From Balanoglossus misakiensis (lineage: Eukaryota; Animalia; Hemichordata): DNA of 64,000 nucleotides. Below the pieces are notes generated by a model. The model searched no databases and was not told the origin of the DNA. It was given only the letters and a program-made list of their open reading frames with translations. Position numbers and translations under genes: made by a program. Location: positions 12,600,909 to 12,664,908 of the forward strand of contig CM082580.2 in assembly GCA_040954595.2 (NCBI GenBank). Reading direction: 5' to 3'. Positions 1 to 14,700 of the stretch are shown here, in pieces (position 1 is the stretch's first letter; the number at the start of each line of letters is the position of its first letter).

Positions 1-430
1 TGTTTCTTTACATCGCCCTCGTCGACATGGTGAGTACATATTGTACTGTGTGTGTATCTGGGCGAGTGAATCTGGAAACCATGATGTTCATGCATTGATG
101 CCTTTTGTGGCTCTATCAAAAGGGAAATGGGATTTCGGCTGACACTTAATTTCACCTATAGGCTGACAGAATTCGCCGCTGTACTCTCTCAGTCTTCAAG
201 ATGCTTCGAGCAACCCAATGATTATGGTTTGTTTTTAACGGCTGGTTGCTATACATGTCCTTTCTTTGCAGCTTCCTGAAATTAACGTCGCAGAGGAAAA
301 ACTGGAGAATGTTACCTGGACCACACAGGCATGCATTTTCCTGCTCCAGAATCTTGGATTACTGACAGGCTGGGGTATTATGCTCGTCATTGGTGTCTTC
401 GAGTCCAGCATCAAACTTAAGGAATTGTAA
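1..430 (+). CDS. LIV-1 subfamily ZIP (SLC39A) zinc transporter, last two coding exons (5' partial)
   Basis: Exons <1-29 (..FLYIALVDM|GTGAGT) and 272-430 (LPEINVAEE...FLLQNLGLLTGWGIMLVIGVFESSIKLKEL*) give the typical LIV-1 TM7/TM8 end. The paralog cannot be assigned. Confidence 0.9.
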
Positions 431-1295
431 TAGAAGTCTTAATGGAAGGTGAACTTCCGATGGTATTGCATATTGGTGACGCGGGGTTTAGCAGAGGCAC
501 ATTATAGGTTGCCCGTCTTTTAATCATACGTTATCGTCCATCGTCATCCTCAATTTGCGATTGTTCCCAGAAGAATCTTGTCCGGAACAGATGATCACCG
601 GATAGCTTTAAGTTTGATGAAGACAAGATGTGACAAAGTTCGCGCGTTATTGTGTATCTTGAGGTATTTTGTCAATCCCGACCTTTTTTTGTTTTATTAG
701 TGTTTTATTCAGTATCACTTGACGCGTGTGACCAATCAATGCATTATTTACATGGTTACCGGCGCTGTAAAAGTGAACACTGTGATTAGAGAAGTATTAA
801 ATAAACTGGAAGGAGAATAAATTACTGTATCGGCGGGTTCTCGATTAACAATTTGAATATCTACAAATATATGCCTCAGTGGCTACTAACACAAATATAT
901 ATTAATTCAATGCATGAACGAAAACCAGCAATGTCCCTAGGGACTTTTTTATGGGGAAATGTTTATTTTTACAACATGGTTAGCGATATTGTTATTTCGA
1001 AAATGGCGTTTTCTAAACCAGTGAATGGGTTAATGTTGGAGGGGAATGTTAGCATATGAAGATTGTCTGTTGGTGCTAAATATAATGTGTATTATATAAC
1101 TTTAAAATGTTATCTAACTTTTGCAGACATTGAAATAAAGGGAGGTGGTCGTCAGAACTGCACATGCGTCATGTTTCTTTCCCTTCAACCAATATTGGAT
1201 GATAACGTCCGGATATAATATACGTGTAATTGTTTCTTCTTTGTATGCATATCTCTTTGCTGGCCATCCCACACTTTCTTTCATTTCTAGGCATG

Positions 1296-4200
1296 TTACA
1301 TCAACGTGGTTGTGTTAGGCGGCGGTGCAAAATACTGCCGTAGATAGATCGCCCAGTAGATAACATTAAAAGCCAGGAATGAAGCCGGAAACATGACTTT
1401 GGCCACATTGTCAATTCGTAGTGCACTACACACCTTCTTCTCTTTTGTTTGCACATGTCGTCTGCTTTTCCTCTCATCATTCATGAGAGTGGCTAGCGAT
1501 GGCTGAAGCTCGTCGTTTTCCTGTTTCATGTACCTGGGTACGTGTTTTGTGTCCAAATTGATGTTATAGTTCAACGTTGAATCCTGGAATGGAAAAAAAA
1601 AAACTTCGAGAGTTTAGAAATAGGGTAGAAACATGGCAAATGCATACTCGTGGATAATTAATATACGCACAAAGAACGACACCAAACTATTCGCATTTAC
1701 CCCCCCCCCCCCCTCACACCTCTTGCGTTATGGGCTTGTGGGAATCATTAACTTACGATGCTCTTTATCCGAATCTTCTGCTTTTCTTCGTCTTTGCCCC
1801 GCCTGTGCAGGTAGTTTGCCGCGGCAAACTCGAGCAAGGCAGCAAACACAAACACTAGACAACAGGACATCCAGATGTCGATGGCCTTGACGTAAGACAC
1901 CTTAGGCAGGGTCTCATTGGCTCCCGAACTCTGCGTCGTCATGGTGAGTACGGTCGTTATCCCCAGGGCGACGCGCGCGGGCGAGGAGTCGGCGCTGATC
2001 CAGAAAGACACCCATGAGAGTATGACGATAAGCATGCTGGGTATATAGGTCTGTATCAAATAGTATCCCATCTGTCGTACCAGAATGAACTTCACCTCCA
2101 CGCAGGTGTAACTACCTACAAAAATACGTAAAGTAGGGACATCTAATTTTCAAACGATACCGTGATGATCTCTCCTATATTACTAACTTCGAACGGGCTC
2201 GAAGAATTAATCTATATGTTACACTTGTAATGGGGCGCCGAATCACCCTCTAAAGGAAGATGGTGTTTGCTGAGATATTGTTTCGTTGCTGAAGACATCA
2301 TGAACACTTACCCGTGTTGTACACCTTGGTACATGGGAATGTCTGGTAGCCGAGAACACTGAACTGGGGTAATTCCAGATTCTCGTTGATTTGGACTGGC
2401 TTTTCCTCCTTCCAGGCGAACAGAAGGTCTTTGGTGGTGAATCCATCTATAACAAGGAAAGGAAGTGGTTACTTTGGGCGGGTGGGATTCTTATCAAATC
2501 CTGAAGTGACATGAGGCAAGGTATTATTTGCCGTGAGTTCTTTCATATTTATTAAAATGGACAAAGCCTCGCCGACTAGTAAGCTAAGCGCCACCAACGA
2601 GTGCGTTCACACAAGTTCGACGTCAACAAAGAGCCGGTGACTACATGCGCGCGCAGTACTTACAACTCTCAAGTTGGACACCACACGTCTGCTGGTCCAT
2701 CGGAAAGAGATGAAGCTTCATGTTGCACTGCAGGGTCAAACTGAGTCTGTGAAATTGTGACAAACAATATGACAGTGGTTCATGTTAATAAACTGAGAGG
2801 GCATACCTACACACGCCGCTACAACACCATGCACGTAGCCAGCAACGAACTATGAGCACACGTAGCAAATGCAGATAAAAATGTCTCACGTAAAATGCAA
2901 TCTAGGTACGCATTAACCCAACTGTCCAAGTCTTCCAGGAGAATAAACAGGGGCATTTTGAATCGATGATATATATTGACGAGATTATTGGGCTCTCTAT
3001 CGCTCTCATCCAAAATATATTGCAGTGCGACCTTTGATTGTTTAGGAAGTGTGCTTGCAAAAGAGACTACTTTTAATCTTTCCCTGGATGAAGTATGAAG
3101 CAAAGATTTACGGTTCTCAGTTTACAGCCTGACGGAATAACGTACATAGTTTGACGGCTTCTGAATTGATTCATGGTCCGCGCAGCTGCTCTGCGGTGAT
3201 GCTCTGTTCATCAGCCCCGGCTTACGGGGACATAAATCCAACAGTTTACAAGATGATCTCACAATTTATGGCGAAATTCATGAAAACAATTCTTCGTATT
3301 ATAAATGACTTTCATTAGTCTCAATATCGTTGTGATTAATTGAGAGCAATTTATGATCACGTTTCAGAATGTATTATTAAATTGCGTATCCGATTGCAAC
3401 GATTAAGGATTTTTTATGGAGATGTAAAAAGAGTCCATTTACCTTGAACTCTTGTAACTCGCAAAATCGATACCAGACCTTTCTAGTTCTTCGGTGATGG
3501 GTCGTTGAGAAGGGATCACTTATCATTTCAAGGTAGGGAATATATATGCATACAAAATTTGATAGCCATGGTGGAGGGCGTTATTTGCCAATAATGTTGT
3601 CATAGTTCACGAGGTCACATCAGTATTATTCAAGTTCTGATTCATGGGACTGAAAATTATCCGCCGTTGTGTATCTGTGGTAAGTCGCACGCATGAGTCT
3701 GAGGGACCAGAATTGTTTCACAAGCCCCTCCCCAATACGTAACAAAATTATGCCACGGAGCATTGAGACGGCATATCTAGAAACAAGTAAGTGTGGATAC
3801 TGCTCAATGATTTAGCGTGATTTAATGGGCAGAATAACACAGAAACGTTTTACGTTGATCAATAATAACACAGATGGCATAACGCCAAGGGCTATAGCGA
3901 CTCCCCGTGGCCGCAATTTCAATGTGCACTATTGCACTGATCGCTGAAATGCAGCTGACATACTTTGATTTCTTTCATGCCTATTCGACTGGTTCAAATC
4001 TCATCTTTCGTCATTCAGTTCATCATTATGATGACGGAAACTCCTCAAATCAAAGATCCTGCAAGAACTCGCCGCGTACACACGTCGGACTTTCTTACGC
4101 TTCGCAAATTCCCAACGTAAAGGTGACGTCATAACAAATCATGACTCTACACGCCCTGATAAATCATTGATGGAGAGTATCCGTTTCTGGAAACTGTGGC

Positions 4201-7200
4201 CCTATAGGAAACGGCGCATTTCAATAATTAATGAAAACACTTGCTTGCGGCATACCGCTTTACAAGCGTTAAATGCAAAAGTGTCTTTTAACACACACCT
4301 AGTGATTTTGAGCATACGCTAATGGCTTCAGGCCACACTCTTTTGATTTCTATAGCAACGTCAATGTAACAAAATGTAGGTCAGAAGACACCGTAGAGAA
4401 ATATCTAGCCTTCCTACGCCACAAAATAAGCTGGCCTTTTTCTTCAAGAAAAATTCAAATGAAGTCAACGCTTTCCCCCACTGGAATAATTAAGAGACCG
4501 ACCGATGTACAACCGTTTTATAGCTTTCCGTTCGCATTTTAAAAGTAACGAGTTTTAGAGGGTAATGCCCAATGCACACGGTCAGGTTGCAAGCGGTAAT
4601 TATGATCGTTCTATCGACCACACGATCCGATTTAACGTAACTGCAAAAGTCATTCCAATAAAACGAACAGAATCTTTGAACGGTTTAATGTTGTTAATTC
4701 CCCACGCGCCTTCTACATCAAGTTTGATAACAGCACGATCACGAAAACTGCGAACAAATGATTCTCTGATGTCAGTAGTCGGACAGAACAGTTTTTCTTT
4801 GTGGTGAAACGGCAAACTAATCATATCTGACACGTAATCAACGGTTTTCTGTAGCACAGACAACTTCATTCTTTACTGTCTGTGGTTATAGCATCCCCTT
4901 GCGCTTCCCTTCATTGCTAGCATAACTTTGATATTCCATTCTCGACGCCTAATCTATGACGTCAGAACGCGAGTCATGCATGTCATAACCAATTAAGAAG
5001 TGAGACCGTCTTACACAGCTTTATGTTTTGATATTTCTCCCCCCGAGGGGATCAAAGCCGCGCTGTTGAATTTTGTAAACTGCTACAATTATCTTGACAT
5101 TGTCGGAGCGCCTCACCATTCTTTGCATTATGCCGTCCACGGCTATTATATTAAGCAGTGCTACTGCCACCATTCTTTGATTCATGAAAAACTTCCATGA
5201 CAACCCTTAAAATAATACAGCCAATTATTTCTTATTATTCTTCGGTTCGGATTGCTGCGCTATACAACTCTCATAAGTAAACTACTCTTCCAAGGCCATG
5301 TCCGTTTTATAGCGTGCGACTTCTCTATGACACTGACAAAGGCTTGCACTACACGTAGCCTTATTTTAGAAATTCTGCTGCCGTAGACTTTCACCAGATT
5401 GTCAACGTTCATTCGTTAGGTTATTCTGAGATCAACATCTAGAGGTTTAGACCATTTGTGATCTAAAGAGTCGCTAAAGGAGCTAGGCATATGATTGACT
5501 GCAAAAGTTCACCCAAGGCGACGCATTGCAAATATGTACAAGTCAACGGAGGCGTCAGCGATCGTGAGAAATTGACGATTTGTTCATTATGATCACAATG
5601 ATTAATGTTATTATCCACGGGTTATAATTTGATACTTGCTGCAATGTATACATGGGCATTTAAATGCGTGATGTGTTTTTAATTGTGGACTGGTAACATG
5701 TACTACAAGTGCGCCACCGAATTATGAGTTTGGTGAACTAGCATACACACGTACATGACAGACATTGCTTATATATCTGTAAGGGATCTTACGCGCATCG
5801 ATCAGAACAGCGACCATCACAAGAAATTCATCCAACAGTCACGCATCTCATTTTAGATCGTTACGTGAACCACTAATTCCAGTATGTAATACCTACAGCC
5901 TGCACCATTCTGAAGATGTGAATCGGAGCGAAAAAGTACGTTTCCTCGTAACACTTTTAAAGGGACGTAAATCTAAAACGCCATTTCACACTAGGACGAA
6001 AGATTACAACGCCTCTTTCAGTGATCTTCTTGTTTTAAAGCTTCACCGACTCGACATCAACGATTGCCAGAGAATGACCATTCGACCATCAGCCGTGCTC
6101 TGCCGACTATATATTAAAACCCCGACGTCGATTCTATACGGCTAATGCTCAGGAATGGCGCTTAATCCCGATAGCAATTTGAAGCATGATTGAAAAAAAC
6201 CCAGGTGGGTTGTAACGCCACAGCCGGCAGTAATTTTTAACGTTCGTATTTTGATTAAGAGGTGTAAGTTCAATTATCCCTCCCTGAGCGAAACACTTCG
6301 TTATAGGAAACATCCCACCCATAAAATGTTTGTTATTAGACGTGTTCCAGATTGGTAGGTCGTTCAATTAAGGGTTTCGTTCAGGTGCGGAGTCTTGGCT
6401 TCCGCTTTGATTTAATTCTTTAGGTTTTAAAATCGTCGATAGGGTGAAAAATATGAATGGTCGTAAACGAAGATTTTACGACTGAACGTTTGTAAAGAGT
6501 TCGTCTCTAGTTCGAACACCCGAACGACAGTAAATATCAGCACAATCTAGTAAAGTTGTATTAATTACCTTACGCTGTAGAGTACGTCGCCATTCGGAAA
6601 CAAATGCAGTAATTTATTGGCCGTCGTCACTTTGTGTACAGTGGCGCGTTTCTCGTTGGCGAAGAATAAGTCGGGGAACCACAGCTTGTCCAGAAGTTTA
6701 GTGTGCACCGCCACCTTTTCGTCATATTCCGTAAATGACAATCTTGGATCGTTCCAACGTTGTCTCATGAAGATGCCGATACTGAAACTCTATTGTAAAC
6801 AAAAAGAACATGTTTTACATTTAATTATGATTCAACTCTTTAGGCCCGTTTTAGGTTACTCTTCTAAACAACCGTGGACGCTTTAGGGACGCGGATAGTG
6901 ACCATTTCTTTTTTGAAGGGCTTTATCATTGCAAATCTATCTGGGCCTTCATATGGATTATTTGCAATCCGACCTCGTTTTCATTTACGAGTTCATACGC
7001 GGTGGACCTGTTCTGCTTTGACTTTCTCCGCACATTTGAGCCGTGCAAGGTCCCTAAGGCTTTCGGAAGTATTTCAGTGAAGTTTGTCGTTTATCTGCAA
7101 AGGAAAGTATCATTTTGTGTTTGCCTTTTTATAGCGATAAACCAAGTTGTCCGCACTTATACTTCTGCGCATGGGTAGTGGCATGGTTTCTAGTTTCATG

Positions 7201-10200
7201 GGATTGTTCACGCGAAGGATTTTTTTCTTTGCCACATTACAGATATAATCGTGTTTCGATGTGCGCCGGAATTTCACTGCCGAAGTGTCGAACAGCATTC
7301 GCCACTTGCGATTATCTTCCCACCGGGGTGTCGGGAAATATCCATGTGGTATGCGTTTTCCTGGGTAATGACGTCACCAACACCAATAACAGTCATGATA
7401 TGCTTTTTATCTCTCTCACTGTAGTTTGCGTGATTACTTCAGTCTGGCGATGAACTTCACGTGGCGTGTTTGAATATAACTCGTTTACGCTTTCAACAAC
7501 GCGCGACCCTTACACCTACTCCCTGCCACTCTCAAGGTGACACTGTACACTCCGCATCAGAAGTGCATCGTAGCTGGGCAAAATGAACAAACCCCTGTGC
7601 AGCCATCTTGGCAACTGCATGCTGGGAAAAATGCCCGGATGACCGTGTTTCAACAGTGGATTATGCAGGTTAGCTGGTACATTTCTTCCTTACATTAAAG
7701 CTATAGCCAAGAGAAAAACGTTTCTTTATTTCTAAATCAAAGTTTTAGATGGTTTTCACACTGACATCAGCGGTTCGATGCAAACTTCCCAACCGTTATC
7801 CACAGCAGCTTGTTGAACTTCAACAGCCCGTGTGAAGGTTACGATAAAACCTAAGATATAATGATGTGAGAATTTCCCTCATTCAACGCCTTTGACAGTT
7901 ATTGCTTGACAGTAATGGAGAGGTCGATTAAATAATTGCCTTACTCGTACTTGACGACATTTCGAAACTTCTCCACCTTTTTTATGAGCTGATAACCAAA
8001 CCATTTATTTAGTATTTCGACAGTTATGACCAGGATGGTGGGAACAAGAAAAACGCACATCCGTGACTCTGTCTCTCTTTGTTTACGTGGCCATACATTG
8101 AAAATCTGCGATTGGCAAGATTTCCATTTTCTATGTTAGTATATTCACTGCGGTAGAATACTGTTCGTGTACCTGACTGCCATGTGATAACTTGATTTCA
8201 ACATTCCAATCTAACGGGATTAAGCCTACACAAAATAAATGTCTCTCACATTAAAACCGTCGGATGTGCATGTGATCAAATTTGACACTGAGTGCATTCC
8301 AGTCTGACCTCCATGAACTACCGGATGACATTCGAGCCAAGCTGCAGATTTCAAACATGCTCAATTCACTGAACAATTATCTTTCAGGAGACATTCCACG
8401 GTTCGACATCACGTTTAATTTCTTCACATGCACATATGCGCAATGCCGCGTTCTTGTATTATTGAAATGTGAGCTTTTTGTAATAAAAAATAACCCGCGA
8501 TTCAGAGGATGGCGGGAAGGTTTCGTGATTCTAAAGGTTGCAAGGGAAAGCTACCTGTGGACACTTTTCTTCATTTCGAAGGTGCGACGAACAGACTTTC
8601 AAACAGCGTACACTGAGCACAAGGTGTTAAGAATTAACTGATATAAACTGCTTCACACTGGTGATATGATGCAATTCATAACACCTGCAACGCGTGGTGC
8701 ATTTTATATCAACCGACGATATGTGCACCTGAGTGCGTGTCAAAGGTGTCGTCTGGCCGGCCTAACCTACAGAGCAGGCGCAGTTCACTTCTTTTGACAA
8801 ACTCTGCCGACGCACTCTGGGATAGAAATCCGGGTCACTGTAATTTGAACCCGAGAGTCTTACCTTGTAGTCCGACAGACGCGTCGCCGGATTTGGCGAC
8901 GGAAGCGCGACGATTTATGACATTTTTTTTAAAAGCAGAAGAATTGGAAGCCCTCGAAGTCAAAGAAAGCCGCCGAAGCGGAACGTCTCTGTTGTCAGAA
9001 AAGTATCTTTTGGGATATAATTTATCAATTTCCATTCAGAGTCTTGGTGGCGGAAGGGTGAACATCTACACAGAATAACACCGCTGTATATGATCCTCAT
9101 ACATATTTTTATAGTTTCTCCTTTTCATTTTTAATGAAGGAATGAGCAATGCAAAATGAAGGTCGAATATTTTGATACGTTATTGGATTTTTCAAAAGTT
9201 GCAACCACATGCAGGCCACAGATACTGATAGAGCTGATGTATGCGTAGGAGGCAACAACGTCTAATATACATGTATCCTGACAGGCACCCTTTTAGTAGT
9301 GATTGACAAAGACGAGTGTATACAAGCACACAATCATGTTTGGCAATTAGTGACACAGAGACGTTTGTGTATTTGACTCTGATGAGCAGCTTTGCCATGG
9401 CTACGTCACCCCGCGTCATTGGTACGTCATCGCTCATTGTGGCGAGGTTGTCGCACACAGAAGAAAAGTAGATTTTTCTTACCATCGAGGTTTCTTTTAC
9501 AGTGTCTATAGTTCCAACGAACATGTCACATGTGACGTTGACAGGTGGACCTGCAAGACAAAGAAGACATGATATGAGTTGCTATACCTCAACTTGTGAC
9601 GAGTTTGCTTCCCCACCCCTACAGTAACGGTAGCAAGGTTCATCTCAAATAACTCGTCATTATACGAGTCAAAGGTGTCCCTCCCATGTTGAATATTGGA
9701 AGGCTGGCCTCTTTATGTATCAAAAAAGCAAATCATTGATTAGCTCTGCCTGGATAGATGTGTTCACTTTCTGGTGACTTCGAAGAACATCTGGATTTTC
9801 GATCGCACAGTAAGATCAAGGGGCAGCATGTTAAAAATAAGAATTATTTCGCGGAGATTTTGTGAGACGCAAAGGAATTCTTGACCGACTCTTAAAAAGA
9901 CGGCAGTTTGGTCTGTTGATAATTTCTCCAATACTACATTCACTCGTGTACTGCATGAGTGAGGCTTAAATGTCGCCCGGCCCCTGAAGAGTGACGGAAC
10001 GCGGTCGCTGTGAACTCCAGTGTTTGACCTGGACGAACGGCGGCATTCGAAGTAACGAGGCAATAACTCGAAGACGGCAACGTCTAGCACCGAGCACCTG
10101 TGAAAATATCACATTCCTGCAATCTGTGTTTCTTCTTAAAATATCGTTTCAGCCAAATTAATGTGTGAGCCGTTTGCAATTGCACAAACTAGATGCAGAT

Positions 10201-11736
10201 GTTTTTTTTATTCGTGACCCCTAGCCCAATTACAAAGATTGTCAACTTGAACAACCTTAGTTCAATAGGAGAAACACCTAATGACGAAGGAGCATGATGT
10301 TGGACTGTTTTGATGACCCCAAAACTTCTCTTTCATGCATTGAACGGTATTGTCCGTCACTGGCTGCAGCCACAGCCTGAAAATATGCACGCAATGTCTC
10401 GAAGATTCCCCGCGGTGGTAGTAACAACACTGCCCGGCAACGTGGTGTCGCGGTTGGTTGGGAATGCGCAGGTTGGGAATTTAGCCACCGTGGAACATTG
10501 AAATCTAGCCAATCGCAGACATCCAGTGGGTGTCCACGTGTGCCTCCAGATGGTCAGTCAAATATTAATTAGTCACGCCCTTTTGGCCATGGGTATTATG
10601 TTATTGTAAATTACATGTGATTATATAACCTTTAAGTTTCAGTACTGCACCTTTTCTTACCTTGGAAATTAGGACGAATCCGAGAATCGTACTTCGACAG
10701 CAGATTTTCCAGAAATTCGCTGTGAGCTACTTCCACATCGCTTTGGACGCTGGCGAATAAGAAAACGAAAAGATTTTGATTACTTCGAATCTGAAAAAAA
10801 TATATGATCCATCAGAGAAACCACATTCTGATGAATGTTAGTTAGTGGCAAGGAAGTTGCCTATAGATTAGCTGCGTGCACGATTGTTTTTTTTTTCAAA
10901 TATAACAAAATCAATCTTTAAAGGATTAGAGGAAATTAAAGGTATACGGTCACCAAGGGAAAATTAGCTGTAGTTACCATGGCAAATTGAGATCTAGCCA
11001 ATCGCAGATTTTCAGTGGGTGGCACACGCGAAAAAAAGAGCGCCACCGTATGTTCTTTAGAACGCTCAAGTACGCCATTTCAGCCATATATGGGTACATG
11101 TATAAATATGAAAATTGGAGGTGACTGTATACCTTTAATACAATGGAAATATGGTAGCTAACATTAAATAAGCAGGTGATTATAGGGCTTGTAATGCGGA
11201 AATATATTCACTGCAGCGATATATTTGCCAACGTAGAGCAATATAAACCAGAGTCATTTCATTTAGAGACGGTGAATGATGAAACACACAGCAATTGGCC
11301 TTTTAAGGCTTAAAAAAGAACGTGAGACTTCGTAACTGTTAAATCACGCTATGAAGGCTTCCTATCTCCCAAGAATGATGAATAGCGCAGACATGTTTCG
11401 CTGAGTGCAATTTACAAGAGTTAGTAGCAATCGTATTTCATGGGTCACCGTGTACCCTGGTGTGATAAACGGTAATAAGACGCGTGTACAGAGTATATAG
11501 TCGGTCCGCTGAAGTGCGCCTGCATGTGTTTATTACGTAGTTTGGCACAAATTGATGTACTTGGGGTCTGTGTACGAATTTAAGGAATATTGTGGGCAGT
11601 GTATTTGCTTCACAAAACGCCGTGTTACAATCAAAACACTAGCGAGATCCTACTCTGTTGTACATAAGAGAGGTAAACGAACTTTCAAATCACATCCTAC
11701 TGGAATACTCACACATACTAGAAGTTTCGCAAACAT
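1296..11736 (-). CDS. Glycine receptor alpha-like Cys-loop ligand-gated chloride channel subunit, 8 coding exons
   Basis: Exons 11736-11713, 10790-10661 ([12 protein letters not shown]), 9550-9483 ([10 protein letters not shown]), 6789-6569 ([24 protein letters not shown]), 2746-2664 (Cys-loop [15 protein letters not shown]), 2446-2312, 2115-1757 (TM1-3, anion-selective [16 protein letters not shown]), 1583-1296 (TM4). All introns are GT-AG with matching phases. The first exon is least certain. Confidence 0.95.
10480..10634. repeat. Degenerate relative of the 10940-11134 MITE
   Basis: Shares ATTGA(A/G)ATCTAGCCAATCGCAGA...CAGTGGGTG and a decayed right end GTGATTATATAACCTTTAA. Left end not recognisable. 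Confidence 0.55.
10940..11134. mobile_element. 195-bp non-autonomous TTAA-targeting DNA transposon (Kolobok-type MITE)
   Basis: TTAA|AGGTATACGGTCACC ... GGTGACTGTATACCT|TTAA: 15-bp TIR with 1 mismatch and a TTAA duplication. AGG termini with TTAA fit Kolobok. Confidence 0.75.
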
Positions 11737-14700
11737 CCGAAGTCTACCTATCCCGGCCTTCCAACATGCATTGATACTTCAAAACCCAAAATTATACACA
11801 AACCTCGGACGCGGAGAACAAATCCAAAACGCAAAACCGTCGCTGCTCCCATTCTCCTGCTGAACCGCACACCCCAGAGGAAAAAGCGCATTGCGGCAAA
11901 GGTACAATGTGATTGGCTACTCACACAGGTGAGCTATGAATATTCAAAATGTAAAATCTCCATAGCGTTAACAAAAGAAATTTGAATATGTAAAACTTGA
12001 ATTCATGACATAGCTAATTTTTTTGAGAGCGAATCTACAAGTTTGATATTACAACATGAATTCAATATCATGAAACTCGATTTCCAAAAGTTTCTGCTAC
12101 TTGAAAAAACTGTCCATCGTTCTCCACTGGTATAAGTCAGATGTCTTCGCACTTGCAAGGGCGGAAAAATAAACGAGCCCATGTAATCCACGCCCACATT
12201 CTCTGACCCGTATCCAGTGTTGCAGTTGACGACAATCGCCCTCGATGACAAGCGGAAGACAAATGTGTTGCGCCTCTGATATGCCAACGGCAATTATAGT
12301 TTTTAATAATCACACCAATTTTGACGAGATAGCATGCGAGCCAACAGAAACAATGCACACTCGCTATTCCTATCAGGACCTCTATCGACCATGTGTGGCA
12401 GGTTGTTGCCGTCAGCTCATTCGTAAAAATAAATGCCGAACGCATGGCAGCACACGCAACCATGAAATGTTATGCCTCCTCAAGCATCTCGCTAACTCCT
12501 GATAATTCCGGCCATGTCAAACAGGCACTGCTTTCCTCATCTATCAAGATGTCCCCAAACAGAGAAAATCTAAAGCAGACTTGCTGATATAGACACCATC
12601 TCGTGTTGACACGTGACCCCTAAATCTGTCGTTATTTCTGGTTGGCCAAACATTGATTATCGTTTGACATGGTGTTCTGCCGCCCCTTCATGTGGAAAAT
12701 GACGCCATATTTTACTGGCGGCTAAGGCTCTGCAACTTAACACCAGGACTTGTGTGTATGGCCTACCAAAGTGTTTTGTGGTGCGATCCACTGTGGGGGC
12801 TATGCGGCCATTTTAATTGCGGTTTTGTCACGCCCGAAGCTAACTCCGTTCTAGGTCCCACTCTATCGAATCTGTTACAGATAACTTTAATAATGAATAT
12901 ACTTAATTAACAAATAATTCAACTCCCAGCTTTTGAATAGTTGTCACCGCTAACGCAATGCAGCGTCGTTCAAAAATAGATTATGTCATAATAACTTGAT
13001 GACAGCGCGTTATGTCTTTGACGTATGCCGCTATAAATTTATTCCGGACATTTCATACAGATGTATTGGCTGAAACAACTGTTGATGGCGACGTTTAAGA
13101 CTCTCAAATTAAGAAAGAACAGCTGAGCGAGTGACATCCACATGACAAATGAATCGACTTTGTCAATTTCATTCTTCGGATCTCAAGTGGTGGCTCACAC
13201 GCTATATTGTCTCTGGCCAATGTTGACAGACGAGGGAAGATGTTTAAGATTCATGTCATTTTCCTGCGTCTGGATTTTAATTTTGGCATTTGAGAAGAAT
13301 GTACAATCGGCATAGATGAAAGGTAAAAAATAAGTGGTACTTTATGAAGGCTCGGTTTGTCCCTCTAGGAATGAAGAATGGACGGCAGTCTGAAATGACT
13401 TGATTTGAACGGACAATAGTTTTAACATTTGGATGATTATTTCACAATTATTGTCACGTGTGCAATGTGCTCTGTACACATTCGTAGACGGCTTACGTTC
13501 GGTTCTGTGTATACGGAGATCGAACGTTGCCCAACACACATACACCGACTACAAGTCTCCCATGGTTTCTCCCAAACACATCTATTCACGGGCCCCCACG
13601 CCTATACACTGCATGCAACGTGTTGCTAAGCTAAGCGTTTATATGACGTGAGAAATTGTTTTGGAGAATCGTAGGAACAGTGCAAAGGATAAGAAAAGTA
13701 AACAACATATGACAATGTATACACCAATTCTCTCTTTTTAAAGGGGACATAGCCCCCGGGTGCAATTCGGTGAGTTTGATTCTTCAATTGAAACTAAATA
13801 AAGGTGTTGTAGAAGTTTCCCAAATGTAAATATACACACAGCACAATCGGAACAACGGTTACCTGGACGGCGATCATATCAGAAATAAAGCATTCGCATG
13901 TAACTGAACTGACGTGTTTTTTTTTTCACTCATCAGGTTGATCGGCGTGTACATGTATAATAAGTGACCAAGGTGAAGGTAGTGTCAATGGTTTGGTCAA
14001 TTAGCGGAAAAGATTCCAAAGAGTGAAATAACTGCAGCGATTCAATTCCTATTATGAGCTTGTTAAGCTCGCCACTCTCAAAACACCCACAGCTAAAACG
14101 AGCATTTTATACCCTTTCGACATCACTCCATGCATAACAAGGGCAAATTCCATTGCTTTTAAAACAGCTGAAATTTCTAATAGGGTTGATGTAAATTTAT
14201 GGACTGTGTTATGGTGACATTGGGTTCGACAGCCCGGTTCAACTGTTATGGGCAATGATTGATACCGTTGACTACCGTTGTGTTCTGTACATATACTGAC
14301 TACGATTTTTTGTCCTTCTTTCAACAGAATAAGAGAATTTCCAGTAGTCCGCCCGCCAACACTGCCCATTCTTGACAAATGAATTTAGGTCCGGCCTTTA
14401 AATTCAGGTCTTCATGGGCCTTTAAAAGGGAGCCAGTGCATTTTGAGAGATTTGTCAGCTAAACTGTGCATACAAAAAAATATATTGGTGCCGGTAATTC
14501 TGCAGTGCTGACGTTTAATACAGTTAATTGGTGCTTTCAAAAGTAACGACAGAATTGCATGTGTATTAAACTCACAACTAATCAACACATTCTGTACGTT
14601 TTAAGGCAAAACATTAGAAACTGCACAATTTCAAGTATATGAGTTTGAGCGCACATTGAAAGTACTTTAGTATATGAGGGATAAATGACTCGTTTTAGAA

